From the sequence record SRR2962707_699: 39,938 nt of DNA; one strand, written 5' to 3'. The translations under genes were made by a program, and so were the position numbers. The notes under the pieces are model-generated. The model saw only the letters and a program-made list of their open reading frames with translations. It made no database searches and had not been told where the DNA came from. This document shows, one piece after another, positions 39,401-39,938 of this stretch; positions within the stretch are counted from its first letter, which is position 1; each line of letters begins with the position of its first letter.

Positions 39401-39852
39401 GAGAAGACCTTAACGGAAACGATGTTGGTAGGAAGTTATTAATTTTAGCTCGTGAATTGGATTTGAAAAATGAATTTGAAGATGTTAATATTCAGAATTT
39501 AGTGCCCGATGGATTAAGAGATAAAGAAGTACCAGAATTTTTACAAAGTTTAGAGGCGTTTAACGCTCCATACCAAGAAATTAAAGATAATCAAGAAGAA
39601 GGAAATGTACTTCGTTATGTTGGAGATTTACATGGAGATTTGCAGCAAGATAAAGGAATTTTAGATGTTAAGTTGGTGTCTGTCCCAGCAGACAGTGTTT
39701 TAGGACAAGTAAAAGGGGCTGATTCTATTTTTGAAATTTATACAGAATCTTACGGAGACCGACCAATTGTAATTCAAGGAGCAGGAGCAGGAGCAGCAGT
39801 TACCGCTAGAGGTGTTTTTGGAGATATTCTTAAATTAGCCGAAAGAGGGTAG
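36457..39852 (+). CDS. Fusion of homoserine O-acyltransferase (MetX-like), aspartate kinase, ACT domains and homoserine dehydrogenase
   Basis: TTG start. MetX part: HALTG, GGSLGG, SDLFF, HGHDAFL. Kinase part from aa 328 (KFGG). Dehydrogenase part: GHGLVG, YETNVGAGLP, EPDPREDL. Confidence 0.92.
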   Translation: MKNELLHITLNQYTTLSGVTQDLNLSYQLFGKPLHTAPIVMVNHALTGNSDVSGENGWWKDLIGDGKAIDTNNYTVLSFNIPGNGYDGFVIDNYKDFVARDVANIFLLGLEVLKIDELYALIGGSLGGGIAWEMVALKPAITEHFIPVATDWKSTDWLIANCQIQEQFLVNSKNPVHDARMHAMLCYRTPESFKSRFQRSTNEELQVFNVESWLLHHGNKLQERFQLSAYKLMNQLLKTIDVTRGRPEHFSVLEAIDANVHIVGVSSDLFFTAEENRETYKQLAQSSDRVRYGEVVSVHGHDAFLIEYEQLEKIIGGIFESALKDNKMKVLKFGGKSLANGKGINNVVEIIENKVKEGEKITVVVSARNNATNELESILETAADGQDYEHLFDAFKKYQTEDYKNANLSAEFDRLEKLFSGVSLLGDYSVKIKDEVLAQGEIISAKLITNILKEKGVNANFTDSRELIKTDEKFGDAQPLEKISKENVLKHFAKHNGTTVNIVTGFIGSNKNNETTTLGRNGSNYTASLLANFLDAGELQSFTHVDGIFTANPDLVPSAQRIEELSFNEANELANFGATILHAKTIIPLIEKNIPLRILNTFNHDNKGTLITANPKKEGIKSLSVLENVALVNLEGRGLLGKAGVDARIFNALGKKDISVSIISQGSSERGIGLVVNAKDATEAMISLEKEFENDFYSKDVNKISVVDDVSVISIIGQDLSTFHKPYNALIKNQVIPILFNNTVTGKNVSLVVKKSELHKALNVIHGEIFEICKKINIAIFGHGLVGGTLIDQILTSAANIEERKHLKLNIFAVSNSRKLVLSKEGINSDWKKEIENSNQPATIKDVIAFTKANHLENLIAIDNTASKDFVANYTTLVENGFDLVSSNKIANTLDFKFYKELRSLLDKNQKQYLYETNVGAGLPLIDTIRILHLSGENITRIRGVFSGTLSYLFNQFSSEEKTFNEILKDTIDKGFTEPDPREDLNGNDVGRKLLILARELDLKNEFEDVNIQNLVPDGLRDKEVPEFLQSLEAFNAPYQEIKDNQEEGNVLRYVGDLHGDLQQDKGILDVKLVSVPADSVLGQVKGADSIFEIYTESYGDRPIVIQGAGAGAAVTARGVFGDILKLAERG

Positions 39853-39863
39853 GTTAGATAGAG

Positions 39864-39938
39864 AGTTAAAAAGTTAAAAGTTGAAAGTAAAGAATTGAAG
39901 AATTGAAGAATTGAAAGATTGAAAGATTGAAAGATTGA
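39864..39938. repeat. Heterogeneous 7-8 nt tandem repeat running off the window end
   Basis: agttaaaa-agttaaa-agttgaa, then (agaattga)x3 and (aagattga)x3. Confidence 0.9.

Overview
AT-rich window that looks like a Flavobacteriaceae (Bacteroidota) chromosome, based on SusC/SusD pairs, TAnnTTTG -7 promoter boxes and AT-rich start regions. Gene order: large lipoprotein (-); two tandem SusC/SusD-type pairs whose SusC genes share a closely similar 5' cassette; rnhB; putative porin; class-V PLP enzyme; CBM48-like small protein; an egtB-egtD-unknown ORF operon for ergothioneine synthesis; thyA; CNT nucleoside transporter; DUF151 nuclease; etfBA; pdhB; a DUF5686-like outer-membrane protein; ppa and hppA; deoxynucleoside kinase; SAM-II riboswitch with metK; SAM-I riboswitch with metY and a MetX-aspartokinase-homoserine dehydrogenase triple fusion. 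I saw no transposase, tRNA, rRNA or CRISPR array. The best leads are: (i) the uncharacterised gene coupled to egtBD plus a nearby candidate C-S lyase; (ii) the twin-leader SusCD locus; (iii) two copies of a covarying structured element, one Flavo-1-like; (iv) an unannotated ~105-130 bp dispersed intergenic repeat and 7-8-nt periodic intergenic repeats; (v) the triple fusion, whose kinase domain has lost conserved aspartates. All family assignments come from motif recognition, not database searches.
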